A DNA stretch of 64,000 nucleotides, taken from assembly GCF_021028975.2 (NCBI RefSeq), contig NC_059427.1:96534001-96598000 (forward strand), read 5' to 3'. This document shows, piece by piece, positions 37,401 through 51,428 of this stretch (the first letter of the stretch is position 1; every line of letters starts with the position of its first letter). The translations under genes and the position numbers were made by a program. Source of the DNA: Sphaerodactylus townsendi. Lineage: Eukaryota. A model generated the notes under the pieces. The model was not told where the DNA came from. It ran no database searches and saw nothing but the letters and a program-made list of their open reading frames with translations.

Positions 37401-40400
37401 TAATTTAATTCAGATTTTTTTAAAAAAAGAATATTGGTTCTTTCCAGAAATTTGGTTTTGGGGTAGTTTTTATTTTATTTATTTATTTTTAATGGATCCA
37501 AAACTGGAGTTTGTTAGATCGAAGCAAAGTGTTGGGCAAAATACATTGCTAACAGCTTGAGCTTTGTTGTGATTTCATATGAACAGTTAGTTCCCCATTA
37601 GATTGTTTAGGAAAAGAAAATTAATCAGAACACAGAACTGGATAACAGGACCAGGGTTATGAGAGCCTCCCAGAGACCCTACAGGTTTCTTTTGCACCCT
37701 TTACATTCAGAGGAACATAACCATGTGCTTGAATACAACAGATATGTTGTTGCTATCCTCCAGAGACCCTTTGTCTAGTTCAAAGGTCCCTCCTGGATTC
37801 CCAGAATCAGAACATCTAGACCCCCCCCCCCGCCCCCCATCTCTTACAACCCCTAATGGGGTTCAAAATAAGGCTATCATGTTTTATTCTGACTGGGACT
37901 GTGTACTGCTAAAAGCTACATGGCAGCACAGACTGCAACTAATGCCCCTTTTTCCATCTGGAAAATTATTGTAACCTTGGAGCAAAAATACGAGAGTACC
38001 ATATTTCATGTTTCAAAGCCTGACAAGAAACATTTAAAAATATCAAGAGACTTAAAATGTTTATTAGTGAATTCAGGTCAACAAATGCTGTGCCATATAG
38101 TCTCTGGTTACTCTGTACTATTCAGGGCACAATGCCCCATTGTAAGAGTGGCACAATATCCTGTGGTTTTCCTTACAATGGAGTGTTGTGCAACTTTTAG
38201 AGAATATTCAAAAGTGTGTGGTTGGTTATCACACAGCCTTACAAATATTCATACATATTAACTGAAATATTAATCCAACAATCCCCAGCAGGGAGCAGAT
38301 CATTCAAATGCAAGAATATAGAAATGTGTGGACCAGTTGCTTGCATAGATTAGTCTAGCTCTGTAGGAGCTTTCTTAGATCGTATCTAGCGTTGCAACCT
38401 AGGATATCTTGAAACTGGCACACTGCCAATGAACTATGACCTCTGTCTAACATGTAAAAACTGTTAATTATCCAAGAGACAAATCAGACTGGACTTTGGA
38501 AGATCTGTGATTAGATCTGTTGGGTGTTTTCGTTGTCATAAATGCATCCACAAGAGCCCTTGATTCAGACTGGGATCATAATGCAGGGGATAAGAGCTTT
38601 AGGTCTCTCCCTACACTATTTTTCCAATCTCAGGTACCCTTCCAGGAACTGACATTTGGCTGCTGAAGGAAATGTACACACAAGATACAGGAAATATACA
38701 GTACAGACAATCTACACATTACTCTCGAATGAGCAAGTAGCAGATCCATGAGACTATTTGAGGTTGAGTGGAAGCAGCACAATTACTTCCCCCTCCCCCT
38801 GCAGATTGGTCCCAGTTTGAATATGGCCCTCCTGTAGCTGCTATTTAGGAAGGAAAAACATGAAGTTTTGTCATGGATCTTCCATCATCTTCTCTGTTTT
38901 GGCCCTAAGACTAAAATAAAACCTGTGCTGAAACACAGCTCCTTACCAGCCTCCGACCCTCAAAGCTAATCAAAATAAAAATTGAGTTTCCACATCATTT
39001 GATGGGAATGTTAGGGAACACTTCCTTCTACATGTTTTGAAGGGGATGTGTATCCTACACCCATCTACTGAATTTTTCTTCTCCTTTCTAGAGTGAATGA
39101 CAAGCAAAAATATTCTGCCAGTAGCACTGCTGAAACATGAAGGATTATGTTTCCTGTGCATGCAGGAGAGCTATAGCAACCCTTGTTTCAAATATCTCTT
39201 TTCAGTTGCTCTGTGGTTGGACAGTGATGCATCAGAGTATGCAAGCCTCACCCAGTGCCATTGACAGTCCTCCAGTGGTCAATGCTGTAAGAGACAGACA
39301 CAGCCACAAAGCAAATAACTTTACATTGGTTTGGATAACCAATGGGTCAGAGGTCATGATGCCAAAGTCACATTCATTTCATGTTGTGAGCCAGCCCTTT
39401 CTGTTGACACAACATTTAAGCAGCTAGGAGATTAACTGTTTGCTCTGTCCCAAGGAGATGATCTCATCTGAGATAGATTTTGCTATTGTTCCACGGGGAG
39501 ACTGACTTATTTTCTACAGAGAGCTTCAATGCGGCATGTGCAGCAGAGATAGGCAGTACAAAGCAGGCCCCTGGCAGTTCAAATAGAGCTGGGAATGCTC
39601 AAGGCTTTCAGGCATGCCACTGTATGTTTTGGCCTGTGGCCAGATGTGGGGAGAGTGTGTAGACTCACTTAAAAGGAGGAAGGAGGGTAGACTTAAACCA
39701 TATGCCTCAAAAACTTTCAGACTTAATTGAGATGATGTGTAATGTAGAAGCTTGGATAAGGAGGACAAATATCAAACAAGATAAACAGTTCCTCCATTAC
39801 AGCCAATCTATAGTTGTTAAAAAAGCAAAGATCCGCACCACAGGGTTTGAACCTCTTGTTCACCATTTCAGACCTTAGACAGAGAACCAGCAGCCATCCC
39901 CCAAAGCAATCCCAGCAAAAATGGCTACAAAACAGCTGGAACAGCAGGATCCAGCTATTCATTGCCAATGTGTGAATTTTTGGAAGCTGCTTACCAATTT
40001 TCTGGAGTGAAATTCCATCCAGCTCTACTTTGGGGCAAAATGTATAGAGAAGTGGTCTTTGGGGACATTGTCACTTGCATGTTACTAAATAATATCACCC
40101 TTGGGTAGGGGAATCTAGCAAAAATTTTAATCTGCTAATCATTCAAATGTTTTCTTTAAGAGGCCTACTTACTTGGGCTTCACTGCGCACAGCCAAGAGC
40201 ACTGAAAAACAAGATGCATCGATGTGTTTCACACAGCTAAAGACTCCTGGCCTTGTCTTTCCTTCTCTAAAACTCTTCACACGCACACTGGTTACTGAGC
40301 AACAGAGGATGTGGCACAGAGTGAGGTGAGAGGAAGAGTCAGTTACTTCATTTATGTTAAAAATAAAGAGAGTCCCAGTGCCAGCAGGTGGAGCAGGAAG

Positions 40401-43400
40401 GAACGACTAAGATACTATCTGATCCCCAGTGTTCCTCAGAGGAGTCTTTGGCAGAAGAGGCCCCGGAGAACGCATAATGGGCTGCATTCTCTCTTTGACG
40501 CTTTGTGTAATGACTGATACTTTGGCGCACTGATTCCTGGTTCTTTTTAGACAGAAGCCCTTCAGTTCAAGGTATTCAAGGGAACTCTGTGATAGTCTCA
40601 TCTGCCACATCAGTGCCAGCTGAGTATCATAATCCCCACACTTCCTTTCAGTGAAAATGAATTCTGTAGGAGCTCACTGTACTTTTCCTTTAAGCATGTA
40701 GTTAATATTACATTAAAAGCAAAGAGCTTTCGGTGGTGAAGTGACCCTCTATTTAATAAAAGTCCCAAGATGTGTTCTAGTCTACCTATTTGTACCTTGT
40801 TTCTTTTATTTTCTTTCTGACTTTAAAGAAAATGCAAATAGAAATACTGAATATGTGATATGTTTTTGCACATTTTGAATTTCATTTATTTGAATTTTGC
40901 ACATTTTGAATTTCATTTATAGCATCGGGAGAGCTTAAATGTATGTTCTTATTTTTATTAGAGATATTTTGGTGTGTCATGTTTTATAGGCCCTGTTGCC
41001 TTGAATTAGGGTTATCTTCTGTTTCCTTATGTACATATTTTGCTAATATGTTTGAGCCTAACAGAATCCTTTAATGTTTTCAGCAGAACTGACGGCTGCT
41101 CAGTTTGGCTTTTTTAAATGGCCACTTTTTCCTCCTGATTTTGTGAGCTTTGTCAACAATGGCCTCCTGGGTGTTTACTCATCAAAATGCCCAAATGTAC
41201 TGGACAAAGCTGAATGAAACAACCAGTGCCAAAGTACAAATTCTGATTAGTGGGAGCTTCTCTCATGGCCAAGTCCTGTGATGTCATGCCTCAAGTTGGT
41301 AGGACACAAGCGAAGGCAAGTGGTGAGAAGTGACACAACAAAGAGCAATTTCAGAATCCAGAGATTTGTCAGAAAGTCCCAGAATATAAGCATACCTTGC
41401 AAACAAACAAACAAAAAAGGATTTCTTTGTTCTGGCTTTACTGAACATGGCTGAACAATGTTTTGCAGAACAGTGGGCTGATTTCTCATGTACACGCAGA
41501 TAACTTGAATGTCTCGTTGCCCAGTGTTTCTCAGCAATTCTACAGCCTTGGTAGTGTTTGGAGTTATGGTTGCCAACTTCTGGGTAGTGGGTGGAGGCCT
41601 CCGGTTATTACAACTGATCTCCAGGTGGCAGAGATCGGTTCACCTGAAGAAAATGGCCACTTTGGAAGGTGGACTCTATGGCATTATACCCACTGAAGTC
41701 TCTCCCATCCCCAAATGCCACCCTCCTCAGGCTCCACCCCCAAAATCTCTAGATAGTTCCCAACCAGCAACTAGCTACTTGCTAGGTGGGAGGCATGGCT
41801 CAGTGACAGAACATCTGCTTTGAATGCATGAAGTTCAAGGTTCAGTCCTCAGTGTAAAGCTTGCCAACTGTCTGCCCCATGCTGAAGAAAAAGGGACAAG
41901 GTCACTTCCAGGTTTGCACACAGCCCTCCCCTAAAATTCTCCCAGTGATTGAAGGAGCAGGCCTGACAACCTTAGTACCAGATGATGTGAAAGGCCTCTG
42001 TCAGAGATCCTTTCCCAGTTACAGAAGCCAGTGTTGACTCTGAAAGACCAATAGTCCTGTGTAATTGCATGTCCATGGTTTTGGATGGCTAATTTCACAG
42101 ATGTGCTGCGTATTCAAAGTTGCTGGGTTAAAGTATAGAAAAGGAATATGTGAAAAACCAAGAAAAAAAATAGAATCATAGAAGTGCAGATTTATCACAG
42201 ATCTCAGAATACTCTTTATTTGTCAGAGCCTGCTAAAAGTAAACTCTTAACATAGGGTCACATCTGACCTCATAAAGATAGTGTGCATTTTATAAAGCAC
42301 GGTTACTATATGGGGCATTTTACACAATAGTATCAACAACATACACAAATCAGATTGTGCCTGAGGGTGTTTAAAATCTAAAGTCTGGCAATAGGAAAGA
42401 GAGGAAGAAGGAGAGGCTTGGGAAAGGCACTGGTAAAGAAGATTAGTATCTACCCCATTACTGGGCTAATACTGGGATATGCTGTTTTAATGAATGGCAT
42501 TAGTGACTATTAATTCATTTGTTATATATATTTTTTATTGCCAACTGCCTTGAAACCTGAAGACAAGAGGCAGGACAGAAATCTTTTAAATAAATAAATA
42601 GTACACATAACCCATAATTTATTTTAAAAGCTTCTGAGATAATCATCCTAGGCCTTTCCCATTTAAATCCCTCTGTTCACTATCCATACTGGTGATCTTC
42701 TTTCAAATAGATGTTGGCAGAGACTGAGTTTTCAATTTAAGATTTTTTGTTTAGTCAGGAAGAATTCACATGCTCTGTATAAATGGCGACCATCCCATGA
42801 CCCCTCTCAACTGGTAACTGGATGCAGCGATAAGAAGCAGGGGTTCATGAGTATTCATCCCAAACACAGAAGTTGCACACATTCAAGTGCTGAATGCAGT
42901 TATCAAATGAATAGACCTACTTTGATATGGACTTGGGTTTCACCTGGACACAGACATCGTCAGGTGGTTAAAATAATGCAGATTCTGGTTTTTTTCCCCC
43001 CATATCACCACCTTCAATAAAGGGTAAAAGCCCTATTAATGCCATCAGATCTCATGCCATATTTGTCTGTGAGTTCTCAAAGCAGAAGGAACTGATGAAA
43101 GATGGAAAAGGGACATTGGAAGCTATTGGGCTCCCTTCTGTAGTACCTAGTAGACGCTAATGCTTCCCAAATATCCCAGAGTTAGAGCACCAAGAGCTTC
43201 TGCTGCTTGCTTCAGCATGGAAAAACCCAGGTGTGCTCTCCTTGATGTGATGCGGTGCAGAAGAGAGGAATAAGAGTCATAAAATTAAATTGTCATTAAA
43301 TTACAAACAGACTGCATTTGCAACCAGTGAACGCCTGCGCCTGCAGATCTGCAAGCCAGATCCCACAGGAAACTAAATATGCCTCAGTATAATTAGCGAT

Positions 43401-45474
43401 TACGGCTTTGTGAATCTATAATAGATTATATGGCCATGCATGATTTATGCAGCACGGAGAAGGCTTTGTATGTGGCTGTGGTGTGACGTCGGTGTCCCTT
43501 TATGTGCCTCTGTAGCATGAGGCAGGAGCTTAATGAGGAGGTTATTCATATCCTGGCTGTGCCGGCAATTCTGCCGTTTTAGGTGTATACATAGCCGCAT
43601 ACTCATTAATATGCCTTTCAAGCAGAGCACAAAGCCCTTCAAGCAAACCCAAATGGCCTTGCTCAAACTTGGAAAAGGCATGTGAAGCTGGGGAATGAAG
43701 GATATGGAATTGCTGCTCACAGCTCACTGATAGATGGAAAGGGTGGGAGAATTCAGCCAATGATGCAGTCAAGGAAAGCTTCTCCCCTCCCACCCAGGAA
43801 GAGACGATTCTGGAACTGTCTATCACAACTTTATCCCACCCTTTCTTCTAAAAGCACAGGGTAGTGTATGCGCATCCCTGTCCTGCATGTTGTCTTCACA
43901 ACAAGCATTAGTTGTTAAGCTGAGAGAGAGCAACCGGCCCAGTGAATTTCATAGCACAAAAGGGAGCACTCATCAATCAATATCTATGAACTTCTATTTT
44001 ATAAAGCAATCCTGGCAATCAGGAACGAATCTGTCACAGAGAACGAGAAATGCAAAACAGGTCCAGCCATTATCTCTTCATTTTATCCTGCCATTCTCTC
44101 AAGGAGCTCCCATGAGATTCAAACATGGCTGTCCTCCTATTTCAACTCCACAACAAGCCTGTGAAGTAGGTCAGGCAGAGAGAAGGATCAGCATAACAAC
44201 ACCTCGTAAGCTGTATGGAAGAGTGGGGATTTGAACCACAGTCTGTCATATCCTAGTTCCAAAATTTAAACACACCTCACTAGATTTCTGATGAGCCGTA
44301 ATGAAAGGGAAATCAGAGGATAGCTGTTGTCGATGTACCTTTCCCATCTTTCATCCATCAATTCCTTCTGCTTTGAGAACTCACAGACATCACTGTTGCC
44401 ATCACCATTCAGTCGGACTTGCCAATGTCTCAGCTTCTGCTCCACTACCACCTCTTCTAATTGTGGCACACACTTTCCTACCAGTATCTTCTCATCCTTT
44501 GTGCTCTTCACAACCATTTGTCTCTCACCATTGGCTCCTAGTGTTTGGAAATTAACATCTCAGGTAATGCCAAACAATGGATCCTATGAGTCTCTTTCTA
44601 CCGTTCCCCCATGGGAATGGGGTGTAAGAAGTTAGGGTTAGGGAACAGAGAACACAGGCTGTTTTTTCACAGCACAATTAAACCGGGGTTGAGCTGAGAT
44701 CATATATACCTGGACTATTTTATCCCAGTTTCTGTGTATGCATAGTTCCCCGCTTCTGCCCAGGAGCAGAGTTAGTAATGCTCCAGTTTGCTCTGCATGA
44801 CCTGGACTTCTGTATTTGCTTCGGAAGCATTTCTGAGCATGCTTAGTGTCCCACGTTCTGATTGGCTGTTGCTTTTGAGTGGTAGCTTGAATGCTAGAGG
44901 CCAGGTAAAGAGGAAAAAGGAGGGACATTATCTGTGCTAGGAAATTGGCAAAGCAGGTGAAACCACCAACAAGCTGTATCTTACAGAAGACTCATCAGTC
45001 AGTAACACTCCAGCAAATTTTCAGATGACAACATGATAAATGGAGGCAGTGACGTAGGTATATATATTTTTATGGGGTGGGTTCAGTGACTGAGGGCTTT
45101 CTGGCTGTTCCATTCCATGTGTTGTTTCAAGCAAGCTGGACATGTAATGGGAGGGGTTTGAACCTGAGAAACCCCCCCCCCCTTACCTATGTCCCTGAAT
45201 GGAGGGCATATAAAATGTTCACAGAGGGCATCTACCACTGGCTTCCACTTTCTAGCCCTGTCACCACTCTCTTTAACTTGTCTTTCCCGTTTCTTCCTCC
45301 TTTAATCCCTATAGACCCCTCCAGATAACATCCCATATTGCCCCCTGCCCTAATTCTTCAATAGGTGCACAGCCACACTCAGGACAGATTTGCACAAGTA
45401 TTTCTATATGCTGGAATTATTGATGTTGAGATCATGATAAAACAGTTTGTCTGAGTGCCCAGTGAAGAGGAAGG

Positions 45475-45655
45475 CTCTGTACTGAGGCAAACCAAGGTCC
45501 ATCTAGTCTTGCGTTCTGTTTCTACCTGTGACCAGTCAGAGATTGCTGGTCATCCCCTAATGTTTGTTCCCAGAATCTAGTATCCAGAGGTATACTGCCT
45601 GTATATATGGAGGCTACGTTAGCTATCACAATTAATAGGTCTTGATGGATATAAT
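45475..45655 (-). mobile_element. Old CR1-type 3' end fragment
   Basis: The motifs ACCAAGGTCCATCTAGTC and CAGAGGTATACTGCCT resemble reptile CR1 3' UTRs. Confidence 0.5.
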
Positions 45656-47804
45656 AGTCATAATGCATAACAAGCATTGCTCCAAGTGATTTGTGAGAAG
45701 GGGCCACATACTCCCTGTGACAGCTATATGAATGAGCCTTGTGCCTTGCTCACTATGGCCAAATTATCATAAACAAAGGGAAGCAACTTGCAAAACGAGT
45801 GCACTAAGGCTGCTCCAAGTATCAAAAGCATGCTATAGATAGTACGTCACAACAAGGATCTGATACTACAGATAAACGGTTACAAATGGTTTGCCAATCA
45901 TTGGCAGTCTTTCTCCAACTGAATTTCAAGGAATCATTAATGTCACTGTGGGCTAAGGGGCTAATCCCTTGGCAGCAGAATGTGGGGTCACTGCAGCACC
46001 ACAGGGGACAAAAACTGCAACCTCCCCCCAAAAAACCCCAAACCCAGCCCCCAGAAAGCCCTCCATAGGGTTTACAGGACTTATATTACTCAAAGGGTGG
46101 TGTAAGTCCGAGGGCCCTGGGTACCATACTCTCAGCTCTAAACCCTGGGTAGAGCTGACTGTCAGCTCCACCCCTGGGAGCTTCTACCCCTCCCCCCCAA
46201 ACACGTTGGCACTGATTCGGACAGCAGTGCAGCCCCACTGCAGCCCGGACTTCTAGGTTTTGTGCTAGCGGGGCTGAGGGGCAGGTGGCTAATGGCATGT
46301 CTGCCCCCTCCACCAGGTCAAGTGCCCTAGGTAAGGGAAGCGTGTCAGCACAAGGCCATACCACTCCCTCAAGCCCTTTTGCCCCCCACCCCACCCATCG
46401 ATGTGGCTGTAGAAAACTCAGAGCAGCTGAGTGTTATTCCCAAATTTCTGTACTGCCTATTTTGAAGTACTGTATTTATTCTTACTCTGCTGTGAGACTG
46501 AATCGACTATAGTTTAGAAGATTATTTGAAAAATAAGGTTTTCAGTGAAGGTCAAAACACGAGGAAGGCCAGGAGAGGAACGTGCACTGGCTGCAGCCCT
46601 GAAAAACCAGTCTGAATTATAAGTAGGCCTTGCAGCCTTCGACTTGGATGTTGTTATGCATGCTGGGTTGGTAAAGCAACCCTGGGAGTGACTCATGTGA
46701 GCAAGCCAGAAGCTTTAATTACAAATACCAAATGCTCAGCCTGCCCTTTGCATAGAGGGTGTTTGTTTTAATGTCAGCTAATTGCTGACAGTGCCAGCTT
46801 GCAGGGAGCAATCTTCCTCCGCCTCCCACTCTCATATAGACACACACCCTCCAGTGGATCAGTGGTGGAGTGCAGCACTTGTTCTGTGAGCTGATTTATT
46901 AGCCTTTCCTTAACAAGGAAGAACACAGGATGGAAGGGAAATCTCTCTTGTTTGGAACTGGATTACCAGAACTGAGAGAGCTTTGTGTATCCCACCCACC
47001 CTGTATTGCATTCTGTGCATCTGAGCTAGCTGTATAAATGAAGAATGAAGCTGTACAACATTCTGTATTGCTTGTGATTTGTACTCTGCCCAATCTACAT
47101 AAATCCAAAGAGGCTAGTTTCAACATCTTCATTGCAAATATTCCAATTGGCCAATGCAACCAGTGTGCAGATTGATTGTCCTCTTGCTCCAGAAATAATT
47201 TTCCAGATTTCTCAACATAGGAAATTTATGTCATTCAGCTACACCTTACAGCAGGATTAAGTAAAATATTTAGAGATACACATTACATGCAACACAGACC
47301 AAAAATGGCACTCCCAGGTTGAATTCTTTCCTTTTCCCTATTAACATTTCTGTTTGCATGTCTTAGACCATCCATGTTGTGGGTTTCTGCACCATGTGAG
47401 TGACTATTGCTGGGGGCAAGCATGCTATGAAGACATCACAATATGAAGTAACTGAGCCTACAATGTTGTAGGGGACAAGGGAAGAACTTGACAAGGGAAT
47501 GTCACTTTTCATGGCAGCCCTCTACTACGTGTTACTTTTCAGAACATTATTAGGCAAAAAGTAGGATTAAGAGAGTGTAGCTACCAAAAGCCGAAAAAGG
47601 ATCTAAGTATACATTCAGCTCACCTACTCAGCAGGGGACGCATGGAAATGCTGTCAAACATAGCAGATTTGGAGCACAGAAGCTACAGCTTGATACCCTA
47701 TCCTAGAAATGCCTAGAAGCTCCTAGAAACTATTGAAATTTAAAACCCTTTATTTGGTTTTGTTTGTTTGTTTTATATTCTCAAAATGAAGACACCCCCA
47801 TTTC

Positions 47805-49330
47805 ACAGAATCATAGAGTTGGAAAAGACCACAAGGGCCATCAGGTCCAATCCCCTGCCATGCAGGAACACACAGCCAAAGCACTCCTGACATATAGCCA
47901 TCCAGCCTCTGTTTAAAACTTCCAGAGAAGGAAACTCCACCACACTGTTTCACTGTTGAAAAGTCCTTACCATCAGGAAGTTCTTCCTAATGTTTGGGTT
48001 AAATCTCTTTTCTTGTACTTTGAACTCATTACCCTAGTCTCTGGAACAGCAGAAAACAAGCTTGCTCCATATTCAACATGACATCCCTTCAAATATTTAA
48101 ACATGGCTAACATGTCACCCCTTAACCTTCTCTTCTTCAGACTAAACAATACCCAGCTCCCGAAGTCTCTCCTTGTAGGGCATGGATTCCAGACCTCTTA
48201 CCATTTTAGTCACCCTCTTCTGTACCTGTTCCAGATTATCAATATCCTTCTTCAACTACAGTCCCTAGAACTGGACACGGTATTCCTGCTGAGGTCTGAT
48301 CAATGCAGAATAAAGTGGTACTATTACATCCCTCGATCTAGACACTATACTCTTATTGATGCCGCCCAGAATTGCATTGGCTTCTTGGCTGCCTCATCAC
48401 ACTGCTGACTCATGTTCAGTTTGTGGTGTACTAAGACTCCCAGATCCCTTTCATATATACTATTTTCGAGCCAAATATCACCTATCCTATATCTGTTCAT
48501 TTCATTTTTTTCCTGCCTAAGTGTATTATATTACATTTACCTCTATTGAAATTCTTTTTGTTAGTTTTGGCCCAGCTCTATAATCTGTCCAGGTCATTTT
48601 GAATTCTGACCCTGTCCTCTGGGGCATTAGCTAGTCCTTCTAATTTTGTGTCATCTGCAAATTTGATTAGCATGCCCTCTATTCCATCATCCAAGTCATT
48701 GATAAAAATATTGAATAACACTAGGCCCAGGACGGAACCCTGTGACACAAAACTGATCACTTCTCTCCAAGCTGAAGATGAGCCATTTGTGACCACCCCT
48801 TGGGTTCAGTCAGTCAACCAATTACAAATCCATCTAACAGTAGCATAGTCTACTCCATATTTTACTAGATTGTTTGCAAGAATATCATGTATAACAAACT
48901 CCAGAAGAATATGGTCACTCCTACCTAAGGGTCCTACCACTTCCACTGCATTAAGCAGGTCCTCATAGTTGGTTTGGGGCAGATCTAAAATAGGCAATCA
49001 CCTTGTTGCCTCTTCCACCTTCTGGATCATGAAACTGTCTGCAAGGCAAGTAAGGAATCTGTTGGACTTTATAGCCTTCGCAGAGTTTGACTTCCAACAA
49101 ATATCAGGATAATTGAAGTCTCCCATTACTGCTACTTCTCTGTGAAAGTTTGTGAAAGTTTGGTCAGCTGTTCAAAGAAGGCATCATCCAACTCTTCAGT
49201 CTGGCTGGGGGGGGGGGGTCTATAATAGATTCCCACAATGAGATCACTGTTATTTCTCTCCCCCTTAATTTTTACCCAGATCCCCTCAACTTGGCTTCCA
49301 GGATTTAAGTCATGGATGTTCACAGTTGTA
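47805..49330 (-). mobile_element. CR1 LINE ORF2/3' end with a large internal deletion
   Basis: RT motifs QGSVLGLVLFNIFINDLD and KFADDTKL, endonuclease motifs GIYYRPP and GRSDHILLEF, and a CTCTATGATTCT-type tail at about 47805-47820. Confidence 0.92.
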
Positions 49331-50896
49331 ATAATCTGTCGCTTGCCAACTGCCTCCTGCCACTGGACCCCAGTGGTGGCAGCCAGGAGGTGGGTGGTGG
49401 GGGGGTGCTGCTCTACTCATTGCTGGGCCTGGAAGATGAGGGAGCGTGGAACCGTCACAGAAAGCTTCTCTCAGGCTGTCCCCTCAGAGTGTCACTTGCC
49501 TCAGGTAGCACCTGTGAGGAAAACAGCAGAGACGGCAACAATAAGGAGATGGCAGTGTTAGCAAGTGCAATGGAGGATGCTGTCCTGGTGAGAGGGAAAG
49601 TCACAGCCATTTTCTCATTTGAAACTGCAGGGGCAGTCAAATGAGGGGAGCTATTTCTGGTGGGGAAGTGATGGGGCTGCCACCCCCCTCAAATACATGC
49701 AACTGTAAAATGGAAAATTACTAGAGGTTTGGGGATGGGGAGTTTGGGAAGGGGGGAGCCATCAGCAGAGCATACACTGTCATTTTTTACAGGGGAGCTG
49801 TCTAGGGAACAGTTGGGATCTCCAGGCCTTACCTGGTGGTTAGCTACCTTACATAATATCTGGGATACAGAAATCAGCTTCCCTGTCAGCTGCTATGATG
49901 TCACATCCCCGCAGAACCCCCTCTCCCATGCATAGTCCCCAAATCCCTAGGATCCTGGCTTTGCAAACAGGGGCAGGGGTGGGCTATGGAGTTGAGGAGA
50001 ACTCTCCCCATCCTCACAGGCACACTACTGGCTCCCCCCGACTTTGCAAATACAGGATACAGCTTTGCAAATGGAGGATGCCTATGGAGATGGGCTCTCT
50101 ATCTTCACAGGCACCCTGATGGGCCCCTCCTTGCCAAAACCAGGATCCACATTTGCAAATGATGTGTGTGTGCTATGGAGGATAGCAGGATGGAGAGTAA
50201 CAGGCAGAGAAGAGGGAGAACAAATGAAAAAAGGTGGCCAAGGGAAGAGGAAAGGCAGGAGGTGTTGGCCTCCTTGGTTGGCTCTGTTAACCCACCAACA
50301 GCTGTTTAGAGGCTGTTGTATTGTTCAGCACAATACGCTTTACTGCTAGTTTATATCATAATTCAGTAATTGACTCAAAGTACTTTCTTTCAGTTACCAC
50401 TAATCAAAAAAGCCAACCCTACAGAAATATGATGCAGCCAGTTATCAACCTGTTTTTAATTTGCCCCAGAATGGTGACTGAGGGAGCAGTGGTAGACCAA
50501 TTCCAGGTCTATTTGAATGATTAATTCCCTACAAATCCCTCCCATACTGATTTCAAGCTGGGCTTTGGGTCAGGGATGGTGTTGGTGGCCTTTGTTGACT
50601 AACTCAGTCTGACTGTAGGCAAAGGCCATGTCTCTTCGTTGATCCTACTAGACTTATGTGCAGCTTTTGATACAGTGGTTCATGCCATCTTCCTGAGATG
50701 TTTGGAGGCAGAAGTAGGTAGCAGGTAATGTGCTTTGAACTGGTTTGAACAGTTCCTTGTAAACTAATTTCAAAGAGTTGACACATGAGACCAGTTGTCA
50801 GCAGCATAGGAGTTGTTCTATGGGACTTTTCAGGGCATAGTCTTCTTCCCTTAACTGTTAACTACTATGTGAAGCCCTGAGGAGAAATCAGTCATA

Positions 50897-51037
50897 GGCC
50901 CCTTCCGCACACGCAAAATAATGCGTTTTCAAACCACTTTCACAACTGTTTGCAAGTGGATTTTGCTATTCCGTACAGCTTCAAAGAGCACTGAAAGCAG
51001 TTTGAAAGTGCATTATTCTGCATGTGTGAAATGAGCC
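50897..51037. mobile_element. PIF/Harbinger-like MITE
   Basis: TIR GGCCCCTTCCGCACACGCAAAATAATGC / GCATTATTCTGCATGTGTGAAATGAGCC with a 3-bp TSD ATA (50894-50896 and 51038-51040). Confidence 0.85.
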
Positions 51038-51227
51038 ATAGATTTGGAATTGATTGTCATCATACGTTGACGATACCCAGCTCTACATCCCTCTACCCAA
51101 ATCTCCTGCAGTAGAGGCATTGAACAACTGCCTGACTGTTGTGGCTACATGGTTAAGAGAGGACAAACTGAATCCTCATCAGATGGAAGTGAAGCTGATT
51201 TGGAAGCCTGAGGCTTTAAAGGACATT

Positions 51228-51428
51228 GGGAGAGGCTGTGGCTCAATGGCAGAGCTTCTGCTTTGCACACAGAAGATCCCACATTAAACCCCTGCCATCT
51301 CCAGTTAAAAGGACCAGGTGATGAGCAAGACCACTGCCTGAGACACTGGAAAGCTGCTGTCTGAGCAGACAATACTGACCTCGATGGACCAAGGGTCTGA
51401 TTCAGTTTGTGGCAGATTCATGTGTTCA
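51228..51428 (+). mobile_element. tRNA(Ala)-derived SINE
   Basis: Homologous to 1394-1601 (TGGCTCAATGGCAGAGC head, CATGTGTTCA end). Confidence 0.8.

Noticed and set aside
40862-40920. 26-bp direct duplication TTTTGCACATTTTGAATTTCATTTAT
   Set aside because: An ordinary local slippage duplication.
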